Assembly (NCBI GenBank): GCA_965209055.1
Contig: OZ242374.1
Span: 3,104,001 to 3,168,000, forward strand
Direction: 5' to 3'
DNA: 64,000 nt
Source: Acidobacteriota bacterium
GTDB lineage: Bacteria; Acidobacteriota; UBA6911; RPQK01; JAJDTT01
The notes beneath the pieces were generated by a model. The model was given only the letters and a program-made list of their open reading frames with translations, searched no databases and was not told where the DNA came from. Numbering within the stretch: the first letter of the stretch is position 1; the number at the start of each line of letters is the position of its first letter. This document shows positions 40,906-51,101 of the stretch, piece by piece. Both the position numbers and the translations under genes were made by a program.

Positions 40906-41213
40906 TTTGACCGCTGAAAAGTGGCTTTCGTGCCAGTCTGGGACTGTGAATGGGACATGCGGGGTGGATTCACGAAAATCGGTCCTGGCGATTCACAAAT
41001 CCGATTGCACCGATCTCTTTGCCTTTCATGCAGTTACGGCCACATTCCCGGCTTCGCCGTGCCCGCACGGGGAAATCGGAGGTGGACGGGAGCGACCCCC
41101 CCTTTTTCCTGCCCGGTGCGGGCGCGGGGGTGTTGCGCCATTCACATTTGCGCAGCACCCCCTGGGGGGGTCGCTCCCGTCTCATTATCCCTAGCGGGAA
41201 GGCCAGAAATGAC
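40906..41213 (+). repeat. Hairpin-repeat family A, copy 1 (stem 41085-41181)
   Basis: GACGGGAGCGACCCCCC...GGGGGGTCGCTCCCGTC with an inner GGGGGTGTTGCGC/GCGCAGCACCCCC stem, followed by TCATTATCCCT. Confidence 0.9.
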
Positions 41214-41569
41214 ATCCGTGGCGTGGCAGAATAGAACCTAATGAGCGCCGGGGGGATCCGGAACCCATTTAACTCGTCCCACTGCGCCGACCGTCTGAGC
41301 GTCGGACAGGCGCCCAAAACAGGAAGAGGACCCGGATGGAATTCGCCGATTCCATCACCTCCATACAGGGAGCCAGAACGCCGGCCACGAGCCTATACCT
41401 ACACCTTCGTGCCGTCATTTCAGACCAACATATACACTCTACGGTGATTTTTTCGCGGATCGGGCCGAAGATCACCGGGAGAGCCCAAGGAAGCTGATTT
41501 CAGCGTAGATCTGGGATCGTCTTGCTACGGGTGGGGGTATCAGCGACAATAGAAGCTAGCAGAGACTCC

Positions 41570-42796
41570 ATGCAAAGAATAGCCGCCGCTCTCGTTGCAG
41601 TCTTGTGGGGCAGCGTCACTGCGGACGGCGCCCAACTTCCGCCGGAAACATCACTTGGCGCCCAGAAGGAGTTAGTGGTTGGGGATGTTGCGCCCGGATT
41701 CGACACTGGAGGAACTCTCCAATTCCTTGAAGGAGAAGACCTGGAATTTTCCTCTCTTCGTGGAAAAACAGTAGTCTTCGAGTTCTGGGCAACATGGTGC
41801 GTTCCATGCATCCAAGCTATTCCTCACTGGAATGACCTGATCAAGGAGCTTTCCGGGAAACCCATTACTTTCATCTCCATTTCAATTGATGAAGACGAAT
41901 CTCGGCTTCGTGACCTCCTAAAGTCAACACCTATCTTGGGCCTATCGGCCTGGGACCCAGATCGAAAATGGTTCAAGGCCTACCAGGGGACATCCGTCCC
42001 CCACACTGTGATCGTGGATTCCGCTGGCAAAATCGCCGGGATCACTTCACTTAAGAAACTGACCGTAGGAATACTTGAGAAGATCACAAACGGTGATCCC
42101 TTTAATCTTCCCCCAAAGCAGGTGTCTTCCGCCAACGCGGATTGGGATCGGAAAGAGATTGGCTGGGACGATGGGATCGAGCCTTTGGCGCAGGTCATCA
42201 TCAAACCTGTGTCTGTAACCGGCTCTGCCTTGAATTATTCTCCCGGAAGCAATCGACTCTCTGGAGATGGTTTGCGTCTTGAGACCTTGGTCCATACGGC
42301 GTATGAAACAAGCCTCCTGTATCTGGATTACCGCTTGCCTCACTCAAGACAAGGGTACCGTGTCTCAGCTTTCGTGCCACAAGGACAAGAGGCTCGACTT
42401 CTGCCTCTCCTACGGGAGACTCTAAAAGCCAGCCTGGGATTGTCCATCCGTTGGGAAACTCAAGAGAAAGAAGTACTCGTTCTGAAGCAGCTGCTGGGCG
42501 AGGAGAGTAGGCTTAGACCTTCACAAGCAGAGCAAAGTGCCCGCGGGTGGAAGCGGGGCACCCTCTATGGAACCAAGCAAACTATGGAGGAACTTTGTGT
42601 CGCTGTCGCTAATCTGATGGAGATTCCGGTCGTTGCTGAGACCGCCCTCAGTGGCCAATACGATTGGGAACTCCCCTTCCAACCGGGCAACCCGGATGTC
42701 TTAATGGCCAGCCTGCGCAAGAGGCTAGGTTTGGTGGCGGAAAGAGCCCGCCGCCAGATTCAGGTTCTCGTCGTCGAAAAGGCCGTGTCTCGATAA
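41570..42796 (+). CDS. TlpA-like thioredoxin fused to TIGR03435/DUF3738-like domain, exported
   Basis: Signal peptide, RGKTVVFEFWATWCVPC, and C-terminal PVVAETALSGQYDWEL...LGL...VLVVEKA. Confidence 0.85.
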   Translation: MQRIAAALVAVLWGSVTADGAQLPPETSLGAQKELVVGDVAPGFDTGGTLQFLEGEDLEFSSLRGKTVVFEFWATWCVPCIQAIPHWNDLIKELSGKPITFISISIDEDESRLRDLLKSTPILGLSAWDPDRKWFKAYQGTSVPHTVIVDSAGKIAGITSLKKLTVGILEKITNGDPFNLPPKQVSSANADWDRKEIGWDDGIEPLAQVIIKPVSVTGSALNYSPGSNRLSGDGLRLETLVHTAYETSLLYLDYRLPHSRQGYRVSAFVPQGQEARLLPLLRETLKASLGLSIRWETQEKEVLVLKQLLGEESRLRPSQAEQSARGWKRGTLYGTKQTMEELCVAVANLMEIPVVAETALSGQYDWELPFQPGNPDVLMASLRKRLGLVAERARRQIQVLVVEKAVSR

Positions 42797-43141
42797 CGTA
42801 CGCTGGCAACCCCTGAAATCGGTCCCTTCAGGACACAGGATCAGGTGGTATCGGTTTTCTCTCGTGGACTCTTTCAGGTGTCGGCATCTCCCCTGGTCCG
42901 CTACCGAGTCTCCCGCGAACTACCCAACAAGTTTTCGCCCGACGCAATCTCGGACGCCTTCCTCGACAATGGGACGACCGCGTGCCATTCATTGCCACGA
43001 TGGCCGCTGGTTAGAGTTCCCCGGCTTTTCCGGGAGCAGGGATCAACTTGTATTCGCCCGGAAACACGGTCCTGGAGAAGCGGATAAGACTCCTCCAATA
43101 GGGGTTAGGGTTCCAAAAGATCAACCTGTTGGACTCTATTC

Positions 43142-43735
43142 CTATCCACCGCAGGCTTCTGCGTTCGCTCGCAAGTACTCACTCAGGAAGCCATCGAGGA
43201 GACTCGTAAGACGATCGACGATGGGTCCAGAATCGTTGCCTCCCACTTCGTCGCTGCCAAACCCTACGCCACGAGACCTCCACGTCGTCGCCGTGTGCTT
43301 CCATCCGCTGACCGGATCGGTCACGATCTTGTTGAATCGCAGAGAGATGACGAACGCCGTTGCCTCCGAGGAGACTCCCATGAAATCGACAGAGACATCC
43401 AGATACGCATGGGCCGCTTCGCTTCTCAAACCTGTGTAGGGACCCAGGTAGATGTGTTTCCCCCGTAAGCTGTTTTCGGCTACGGCTCCGATGCGGTCCC
43501 CAAGGAGTTTGAATTCCATTGGAGTGAGATCGTTTGGACCCTCAGTACCACGCGAATATCCCAACCCAACACCCAGTTCTATGGGACGACAGGCGTTGTA
43601 AAGCCTGAAGTGATCGTAACCCGGGAGAGCCGAGGCGGGTTGCTTCGCAGCGAGTCCGGTTTGAACCACGGCCAGGGCGGCGAAGGAGATGGTCTTTAGT
43701 ATGAGGCCGGAAGGGTGAATGCTTTGGTAGGTCAT
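43142..43735 (-). CDS. Hypothetical exported protein
   Basis: Hydrophobic N-terminus, FRLYNAC, and C-terminal FLSEYLRANAEAC. Confidence 0.65.
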   Translation of the reverse strand: MTYQSIHPSGLILKTISFAALAVVQTGLAAKQPASALPGYDHFRLYNACRPIELGVGLGYSRGTEGPNDLTPMEFKLLGDRIGAVAENSLRGKHIYLGPYTGLRSEAAHAYLDVSVDFMGVSSEATAFVISLRFNKIVTDPVSGWKHTATTWRSRGVGFGSDEVGGNDSGPIVDRLTSLLDGFLSEYLRANAEACGG

Positions 43736-43820
43736 AATTCAAGATTTTACCACGGGCCGACTATTAGAATCTCTTCCTCACCTGATTTGGAACTCCCGCC
43801 GTCGGGGACGACCGAAGTAT

Positions 43821-44243
43821 TTTTTCCACGTCGATCCGGGACACGCGACCGACAAGGACTTGCGCTCCTGAGCAGCCTTGCGCCGGCGTCTCTGGGAGAG
43901 CTTGCACGAGAAGGGCCGCACGATCCAAGGGGTGGCCGTCGCCCGGGAGGACCGGGCGCTGGAACGGGCCGAAACCGTGTTGCGCCACTGGATCCGGGCC
44001 TCCAGCCCCAAGGTTAACTTAGGGGACCCTGCGGCGGCCAGAGAGTACGCCAAGAGCAAACGGACCGTGCTCACGGGAGATTCGACCGTGATCAATCCCT
44101 GTGGCGGCTTGACAGCCGCGTTGAAGCGGGCGATCTGGTGCCAAACGTTGGTAGATACAGCAAACCGCTCCGTCGGCGGGGTCATCAACAGCTATTGCAG
44201 GGGGAGCGCAACTCGTTTGCCGGAGGCTGATTTTGACCGCTGA
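43821..44243 (+). pseudogene. C-terminal remnant of an uncharacterised mobile-element gene (paralogue of 48932..49330)
   Basis: FHVDPGHATDKDLRS*AALRRRLWESL...VAVARE..LERAETVLRHW aligns by eye with the 48932..49330 fragment; TGA replaces the Trp codon. Confidence 0.75.
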
Positions 44244-44530
44244 AAAGTGGAATTTCGTGACGATCAGGGAGCGCACATGGGACAACGGGGGGCATGTGCA
44301 CGAAAGAGGCCTTTCGGTGTGCACGGACACTTTTCTCTAACCGCCTATGCCCGTTCCAGTTACGGCTCGCCTCGCGGCGTGGCGGTGCCGAACGGGGAAT
44401 TCTGAGGTGGACGGGAGCGACCCCCCTGTTTTGCCTCCCGGATCGGCAATGCGGGGCAGGCAAATGTGCACTCTCCGTGCCATCACCTTGGGGGGTCGCT
44501 CCCGTCTCACTATCCCTGGCGGGAAGGCCC
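44232..44530 (+). repeat. Hairpin-repeat family A, copy 2 (stem 44410-44506)
   Basis: TTTGACCGCTGAAAAGTGG start shared with copy 1; same 17-bp arms but different loop sequence. Confidence 0.9.
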
Positions 44531-44579
44531 CTGTGACGACCTCCAGACAACTTCAACCGCTTGTGGCAAGATAGCGACC

Positions 44580-46349
44580 ATGTACCAGACCGGCCTTACC
44601 ATTGAGGAGACCCTCAAACAAATCCAAAAGCGCGACCTCGTACTCCCCGCGATCCAGAGGGAGTTCGTCTGGCGTCCAGAGCAAATTTGCCGACTCTTCG
44701 ACAGCCTGATGCAGGGGTTCCCGTTCGGAACGTTCCTCTATTGGAAGGTGGATCCGGAGAACAGCGACAAGTTCAACTTCTACGGCTTCGTGCTCGACTA
44801 CCACCAGCGTGACAATCGACATTGCTCGCCGCTTCCGTCCATGCCAAACACGCCGCTCACCGCAGTGCTCGATGGACAGCAGCGCTTGACGGCCCTCAAT
44901 GTCGGACTACGAGGGAGCATGACGTGGAAACTGCCGCGTCTGTGGTGGAACAATCCCAAGGCCTTCCCGAAACGACACCTCTATCTGGACCTCCTGTGGA
45001 ACGCTGGCGAGGATGATGAGGAGGGGACCGGGTATCGCTTCAACTTCCGGCGCGAGGCCGAGCCCCGCCAACGCGATGCCACGGCGGGGAATGATGCCGA
45101 ATGCTGGTTCCGCGTGAGCGACGTGTTGTCGATGGACGGTGGTCCGGCGATGGTGCGGTGGCTGAACAGGCGCCTCAAACAGCGGTTTGTGGACCATGCC
45201 TACGAGACTCTCGACCGGCTTCACAGGGTGGTCCGTAAGGACCACGTGGTGGCGTACTACAAGGAGCGGAGACAGACACTGGACGACGTCGTACAGATAT
45301 TCATTCGTATGAATGACGGCGGCACCCCCCTCTCTCACTCCGACCTGCTCCTGTCGATCGCCGTGGCGCAATGGACAACGCACGATGCGCGTGAGGAGAT
45401 TCACGAACTCGTGGACGGGCTCAATCGGATCGGCTTGGGGTTCTCCTTCTCGAAGGACCTGGTTCTCAAGGCCGGACTGATGCTGAGCGACATCGGGAGC
45501 GTGGGATTCAAGGTGGACAACTTCAATCGCGAGAACATGGCCGTTCTCGAGGAACAGTGGACATCCGTCAAATCGGCGCTCACGTTAACGGTCCAGTTGG
45601 TCGCGGGGTTCGGTTTCAGCCGGGCAACGCTAACCGCGCATAATGCCATTCTGCCCATCGCATACTACCTGCACCGGAGCAAGCATGCGGAGTCGTTCCT
45701 CAGCCACAGCGGGCATGAGGACTACCGGGAGAGGATTCGCAGATGGCTGATCCGCAGTCTGCTGAAGAGCGGTGTCTGGGGCAGTGGCCTCGATACGTTG
45801 CTCACAGCGCTGAGGAGGGTGATCCGCGAAGATGCGACCCAGGAATTCCCTGCCGCCCGGCTTGGCGAGGAGATGGCCCGCCGAGGGCGGGAACTCGTGT
45901 TCAATGATGAAGAAGTCGAAGAACTGGCGGACACGGAGTATCGCAGCCCGCGCGTCTTCGCGCTTCTCTCGCTCATCTTCCCCTTCGTGGATCTGGGGAA
46001 GCTGTTTCATGTGGACCACGTCTTCCCGGTCGCGAAGTTCAGCAAGCGCAGGCTGCGCGATGCGGATATCCCCGAGGAGAAAATCGAAGGATTCCGGGAG
46101 CGGGTGAACCGGCTCGGCAACCTCCAACTCCTGCCCGGGCCGGTAAACACGGAGAAGAGTGCGACCATGCCGGTCGAATGGTTGGCTCGGGCGTATCCTG
46201 AAGAAATGCGACGAAGGTCACACGTTCACGATCACATGCTGGGCTCCGTACCTGAAAAAATGACGGGGTTCGTTGATTTTTACAGCGCGAGAAGGACGGG
46301 CCTCGTCAAAAGAATCAAGAGGCTGCTGGGGAACGAGGGTTCCAACTGA
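44580..46349 (+). CDS. GmrSD-family (DUF262 + DUF1524/HNH) modification-dependent restriction endonuclease
   Basis: LPAIQREFVW, LFDSL..GFPFG, LDGQQRLT, IFIRMNDGGTPLS and HVDHVFP...NRLGNLQLL. Confidence 0.88.
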   Translation: MYQTGLTIEETLKQIQKRDLVLPAIQREFVWRPEQICRLFDSLMQGFPFGTFLYWKVDPENSDKFNFYGFVLDYHQRDNRHCSPLPSMPNTPLTAVLDGQQRLTALNVGLRGSMTWKLPRLWWNNPKAFPKRHLYLDLLWNAGEDDEEGTGYRFNFRREAEPRQRDATAGNDAECWFRVSDVLSMDGGPAMVRWLNRRLKQRFVDHAYETLDRLHRVVRKDHVVAYYKERRQTLDDVVQIFIRMNDGGTPLSHSDLLLSIAVAQWTTHDAREEIHELVDGLNRIGLGFSFSKDLVLKAGLMLSDIGSVGFKVDNFNRENMAVLEEQWTSVKSALTLTVQLVAGFGFSRATLTAHNAILPIAYYLHRSKHAESFLSHSGHEDYRERIRRWLIRSLLKSGVWGSGLDTLLTALRRVIREDATQEFPAARLGEEMARRGRELVFNDEEVEELADTEYRSPRVFALLSLIFPFVDLGKLFHVDHVFPVAKFSKRRLRDADIPEEKIEGFRERVNRLGNLQLLPGPVNTEKSATMPVEWLARAYPEEMRRRSHVHDHMLGSVPEKMTGFVDFYSARRTGLVKRIKRLLGNEGSN

Positions 46350-46458
46350 AGGGGATTGGCCGCTAGAGACGGCCTTAGAAGCCCTCGACCCTCACTAGCT
46401 ATGGTTCATTCTTTCGCTTCATGCTCCCGGTCAGTCTGTTGGAAATCCCCCCTGCCAT

Positions 46459-48400
46459 CTAGTCCGAAGTTCCAGCCATAGAGACAAGATAACTCCTTGA
46501 TTTCAAAAGGATAACTCACGAACTCGACTTCGTCTGCACGGGGAACGTCCGAACCAGCTCCAGTGCCCGTCGCTGCAGCGGCGTCGGTTCCGTCACTCGT
46601 TGCGCCCTCGGACCGTCCGGGTCCGAGGCCATTCGGCACTGGTGGCGGGCCCGCGTCCCCAGCTCCGCCATCAGCGTGGCGAAGCTGTGGATCGGCAGCC
46701 CGTCCTCGGTCTGCCGCTTGCTCTTCTTCCGTTTCGCCGACGCCGACGGCTCGGCCCTCAGCACCGGGTCTCGTCGTGCCCGGTGCGCCTCCAGGTCCTC
46801 GTCATCGAACAGCAACGGGGCCAGGGCTCGGCGCAGATGCCACTCGACGTAATACGACAGCAAACACAAGAACAGGTGCGCGCGGACCCGCCTCTCCGCC
46901 CGGTGTCGGATGGGCCGGATCTGCAAGTCCACGGTCTTCAGGCAGCGGAAGGCCCGCTCCACGTTCGTCAGGTTCTTGTAGCTGCGCACCACCTCGGGGG
47001 TCGGCAACCGGTCCTCCGGTTCGCTGGTGCGCAGGATGTAGAAGCCGTCCAGTTGCGCCTCGCGGGCAATGGCCTCACTCCGCCGGGCGTACTCGAAGCG
47101 CCCATCCTCGATCACCAGCTGGAAGTGCTTGGCCATCTTGTGCCGGTTCTTGACCCGACCCACCTTCTCGGCGATCTGGATCGCCAGCAACGGGGTCTTG
47201 GTGCGCCGCGCCACCTCCCGGGCGATCCGGGCCAGCTTCTCTTCCGTGGCCGCCAACAGGTCCTGGCGTTTGCCCCGTCGATACTCGGCCAGCATCGGAT
47301 TGTAACAGACGACGAGCCGTACTCCCGGATAGGACTCGGTCTGGATCTCCGCCAGGTGCTGCTCGTCGAAGAGGGAGCGTTGAACGGCTTTGTTTTCAAC
47401 CAGTTTGCGAATGGCCTCATGGCGCAAGGCCGAGATCCAGCCCAGTCCCGGATGGCGCTTCAGGTGCTTGATCTGGGTCTCGGTCAGCAGACCCCGATCC
47501 CCCACCAGCACCACCCGCTTCAACCCGAAGCGCTGACGCAGCCTCTGCACCTGATCCGGTACCGTCACCGGGTCCCCCGTGTTGCCCGGATAGGCCTGGA
47601 CGGCCACCGGCCGTCCCGCCCGATCCGCCATCACCCCGTAGACCACGATCGGTCGGCCCCGCTTGCCGTCCCGGCTGTGGCCGAACCGCATCAAGGAACA
47701 GGTGTGGCCTTCGTAGAAACTGCTGGAGAGGTCGTAGAGCACGTGATCGCCTTCGGCCAAGTGCCGCCGGGCCAGTTTCTTCTCAATCCTCTCCTGACGT
47801 TGGAGCAACCAGTCCATGACTTGGTACAGGTCGTGCTCGTCGGCGTCCTCCAGGGAGAGCTCGGAGGCCACGGTGGTGGTGTGCCAGAGGCGGGTGGTGG
47901 CCAGCTTGGAGGCGGGATGCAGCAAGCGCTGCATGATCAGGGCCAGCACCAGGTCCCGCTGGCGCGACGGGCGGTAATCGATCAGAGCGGGGAGTCGGAG
48001 GTGGCGGAGGGCCTTGAGGAGGACCTCGACATGACCGTGGGGGAGGGAGCGTTCGATGACGAAGAGTTCGTCGGGGTGAACGAGGGGGACGTTCTTGAGG
48101 ACGAGTCGCATGCGTTGGATCTTGTCCTGTGGCCAACCGGTGAGGTTGGCGATGGTGCGTTTACGGACGCGTTTGCCTTCGCGCCAGCCTTCACGGAGGA
48201 GGACGGCGGGGCGGGAATTTCGGTTGGGGACGATGTCGATGTACATGGCAACCATTATAGTACATAACAATATTATTTTACACTGGATAAGTCTTTTTAA
48301 ACATGGGAACAAATAAGGGCAGACTGGACGCCTCTACCGTAAAGGAATCAACCATTTAGCTCGATTTCAAGGGCGTGAAATGTCTGGAACTTCGGTCTAG
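46459..48400 (-). mobile_element. IS1634-family insertion sequence
   Basis: Terminal inverted repeats CTAGTCCGAAGTTCCAG and CTGGAACTTCGGTCTAG (16/17 match) flank the transposase. Confidence 0.88.
46516..48246 (-). CDS. IS1634-family DDE transposase
   Basis: MYIDIVPNRNSRPAVLLRE, LYDLSSSFYEG, FGHSRDGK, VGDRG, VERAFRCLK and RVRAHLFLC. Confidence 0.93.
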   Translation of the reverse strand: MYIDIVPNRNSRPAVLLREGWREGKRVRKRTIANLTGWPQDKIQRMRLVLKNVPLVHPDELFVIERSLPHGHVEVLLKALRHLRLPALIDYRPSRQRDLVLALIMQRLLHPASKLATTRLWHTTTVASELSLEDADEHDLYQVMDWLLQRQERIEKKLARRHLAEGDHVLYDLSSSFYEGHTCSLMRFGHSRDGKRGRPIVVYGVMADRAGRPVAVQAYPGNTGDPVTVPDQVQRLRQRFGLKRVVLVGDRGLLTETQIKHLKRHPGLGWISALRHEAIRKLVENKAVQRSLFDEQHLAEIQTESYPGVRLVVCYNPMLAEYRRGKRQDLLAATEEKLARIAREVARRTKTPLLAIQIAEKVGRVKNRHKMAKHFQLVIEDGRFEYARRSEAIAREAQLDGFYILRTSEPEDRLPTPEVVRSYKNLTNVERAFRCLKTVDLQIRPIRHRAERRVRAHLFLCLLSYYVEWHLRRALAPLLFDDEDLEAHRARRDPVLRAEPSASAKRKKSKRQTEDGLPIHSFATLMAELGTRARHQCRMASDPDGPRAQRVTEPTPLQRRALELVRTFPVQTKSSS

Positions 48401-48519
48401 TTCACTACCCCTGACTGCTATGCTGCTCTTCGGGTCCGGATTCCCTCTCCACGGCCCAATTCCCGGCCCGCGCAAGCTCTTCAAACTTGGAGTTGAGGCT
48501 CGAAACTCGCCCATGAAGT

Positions 48520-48672
48520 CCACGGCTTGACCGAACGGTTACGTCCGTTCACGGCCACGAAGGGCCAAAGACATCCGTTTCATCCCGGTGGAAAGAATGG
48601 TGGAGAAAGCGGTGTCGATAAATTCGTAACTCTTTTATAGTGAATGGGGTACGGAAGTTATAGAAACAGTCC
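48520..48672 (+). repeat. Orphan right end of an IS66-like element plus repeat family C
   Basis: CCACGGCTTGACCGAACGGTTAC followed by GTCCGTTC and ~120 bp homologous to 61017-61146. Confidence 0.75.
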
Positions 48673-48674
48673 GC

Positions 48675-48945
48675 AGGGATCAATGAAGAAGTGAGCGCCC
48701 CCCCCGCACACGCCGCGCCGGTGTCCAACGGAGTGGAACACTGACAGCGCTTGCGTGACGTGCGAGGCACGAAAACAGGGGGGTCGCCTCACTTCTCCTG
48801 CCCGGACTCCCCGTCCGGGCGCGCCTCCTCCGGAAGGACGGGGACAACCCGAAGGGGCTCAACAGGATGGCGGAAAGGGGGCGTGTAACACTCGCCGCTC
48901 CGGGAGTGGAACACACCCCCCCATGTGTGTTTCACATCCCGGGAC
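48675..48945 (-). repeat. Hairpin-repeat family A, divergent copy 3 (stem 48688-48795)
   Basis: Minus strand reads GAAGTGAGGCGACCCCCC-TGTTTT...GGGGGGGGCGCTCACTTC-TTCATTGATCCCT; the arms are co-varied relative to the other copies. Confidence 0.75.
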
Positions 48946-49330
48946 TTCGCCGGACAGGCCCCCGGAGGTGGAACACGGCCTCGGGACCCGGGCTGGCCCA
49001 GCGCCGCAGGATCTTCCCGGCCCGCTCCCGGCGGAGGTCGTCGCGGGCCACCGCGACCACGTGCACCGGGTGGTCTTGTGCGCGTAGCGCAGCCCAGAGC
49101 CGGTTGTGCTCCGCCCCCCACGAGAGCAGCTCCGGGTCGGTGTCCCGGCCGGGATCGACGTAGACGAAGGTCGCCCGGACCTTCTCCAGGGCCAGGGGGA
49201 GCTTGCGGGGGAAGTACCGGCACCGTCCCTGGGCATGGCCGGCATAGTGGCGGCACGGGAGCAGACGCCGGGAAAGGCCCAGCGCCTGCAACAGCTGCGT
49301 CACCTGCGGATCGACGAGGTCCATGGGGAG
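48932..49330 (-). pseudogene. Internal/C-terminal remnant of an uncharacterised mobile-element gene
   Basis: LGLSRRLLP...RYFPRKLPLAL...ATFVYVDPG...LLSWGAEHNRLWAAL...VVAVAR; no intact 5' end; lies just upstream of hairpin copy 3. Confidence 0.7.
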
Positions 49331-49399
49331 GCGAAAGGGCTTCCCAATGTCGATCGGGAGGTGTAAGGGAGACAAAGGACGCGAGTTACATCCCGGAAG

Positions 49400-49630
49400 C
49401 CTTTTGACTTACACCTCCGATTTCCCCGATCTCTTTGTCGCTCCTGCCGTTACGGACACATTCCCGGCTTCGCCGCGCCCGCACGGGGAAATCGAAGGTG
49501 GACGGGAGCGCCCCCCCCTTTTTCCTGCCCGGTGCGGGCGTGGGGGTGTGGCGCAACTTACGTTTGCGAAACACCCCCTGGGGGGGCGCTCCCGTCTCAT
49601 TGCTCCCTGCGGGAAAGGCCACGAATGACA
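49400..49630 (+). repeat. Hairpin-repeat family A, copy 4 (stem 49501-49596)
   Basis: GACGGGAGCGCCCCCCC...GGGGGGGCGCTCCCGTC; flanks closely similar to copy 1. Confidence 0.9.
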
Positions 49631-49719
49631 AGCGTGAGATCGCCCTCGACATTTGCAAATGGCCATTGACAGTTGACACTGGATATGACCGTCTCCTCCC
49701 GCATCTCCTGATATTTTCC

Positions 49720-49749
49720 CCGACACTTTTCACGAACCTCCGGTATGTA
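49720..49749 (+). promoter_or_regulatory. Candidate alternative-sigma promoter motif, copy 1
   Basis: CCGACACTTT-N11-CGGTATGTA, upstream of the 49994/sigma operon. Confidence 0.6.
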
Positions 49750-49993
49750 TCCAAACAACCGGACCTTCGGTCTGGACCTCGATGCTCTATGAAGGGAGGC
49801 TACACCCACTTGGATGTTTTGCACTGTCCATCCAAATCTCGCCAATACGGGGTGAAGGTTGCGAGCGGTCGCTTTACCTCAATCGCAGACAATCGAGAGA
49901 TTCGGGTGAACATCCACGGATAGGCACGTTTCGTCACATCTGCCCCTTCGCGGGCGATTTCATTGACGTACTGAAGGTAGAAGGAGGTCAAGA

Positions 49994-50326
49994 ATGACCG
50001 AAACAAGGTTCAAGGCAGCGCTGACTCCTGCCAGACGACGCCTCGTCGAGGTGATGCAGGAGATCAACTACGGTCGGATCGATCAGTTCGAAGTACGCGC
50101 GGGGGACCCGGTACTCAATCCACCACCCAGGATGGTGTGCCTGATCGTGTTCGGCAAGAACAGCGGACCGAACGCATCTCGCAATCAGGAGGAATTCGCC
50201 CTCAAGAAGCCGGTCCTGGAGTTGTTCGAGATCTTCGATCGGGAGCGGTCGCTCTCAATCCAGGAACTCGTGGTCAGCGACGGTTTACCCGTCCGCATGA
50301 CTGTGGCAAACGCGATCCGAATCTGA
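49994..50326 (+). CDS. Hypothetical protein preceding the sigma factor
   Basis: AAGGAGG RBS; LTPARRRLVEVMQEINYGRI...DGLPVRM. Confidence 0.75.
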   Translation: MTETRFKAALTPARRRLVEVMQEINYGRIDQFEVRAGDPVLNPPPRMVCLIVFGKNSGPNASRNQEEFALKKPVLELFEIFDRERSLSIQELVVSDGLPVRMTVANAIRI

Positions 50327-50513
50327 ACCCCTGACTCGAAATAAACAGCATTGTCCACACACCAGACAACTGGCTGGCCGCAAGAGACGGAGGTCGTTGT
50401 GGGTGTCGCTGAAACCGGCGGCCTCACTGCGCTAACGCATCCCCGTTTGAATACGGCTGACCCGGAAAAGATCGACACCCACTCAAGCCTACCCAAGGTC
50501 CTGTGGAGGCTCA

Positions 50514-51101
50514 ATGGGTTTCGACAACTACGACCACGGCGTCGATCCATATGCTATTCGACTAATCAAATACAAAGCGAGAATGTTGGTGGGAAAAGCG
50601 GGATTTACGGCATCAGATCGCGAAGATCTGGAGCAGGAGTTGATCCTCGACCTGCTACACCGACTGCCGAGGTACGACCGCAACCGCGCCCGGCGCAGCA
50701 CTTTCATCGCCCGGGTGGTCGAGCACAAGATCGCCAATCTCATCAAGGCACAGAAGGCTGGCATTCGCGACTACCGGCGCTGCCGCTGTTCTCTGAATGA
50801 CCGGTTCGAAGACGAAGACGGTCGCTCCATCGAGCGGATAGATACCCTGGATCAGGAGCATAGCGGCACGCACACTGGCACGCAATCGGGACCCTCCGAC
50901 GAACTTCGCTGTCTTGCCATCGACATGGGCTACGTACTCGAAACCCTTCCTCCCGAACTCCGCGACCTGTGTCAGCGCCTGGCAAAGGAAACTGTCACCG
51001 AGATCTCCTGTAGCACCGGTTTACCGCGGGGAACGATCTACGAGTCCATCAAGAGGCTCCGGAAAATCTTCAGGGACGCCGGCTTGAAGGATTACCTGTG
51101 A
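50514..51101 (+). CDS. Sigma-70 family (ECF-sized) RNA polymerase sigma factor
   Basis: GGAGG RBS; region 2-like DREDLEQELILDLLHRLPRYD...STFIARVVEHK and region 4 HTH TVTEISCSTGLPRGTIYESIKRLR; 195 aa. Confidence 0.82.
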   Translation: MGFDNYDHGVDPYAIRLIKYKARMLVGKAGFTASDREDLEQELILDLLHRLPRYDRNRARRSTFIARVVEHKIANLIKAQKAGIRDYRRCRCSLNDRFEDEDGRSIERIDTLDQEHSGTHTGTQSGPSDELRCLAIDMGYVLETLPPELRDLCQRLAKETVTEISCSTGLPRGTIYESIKRLRKIFRDAGLKDYL

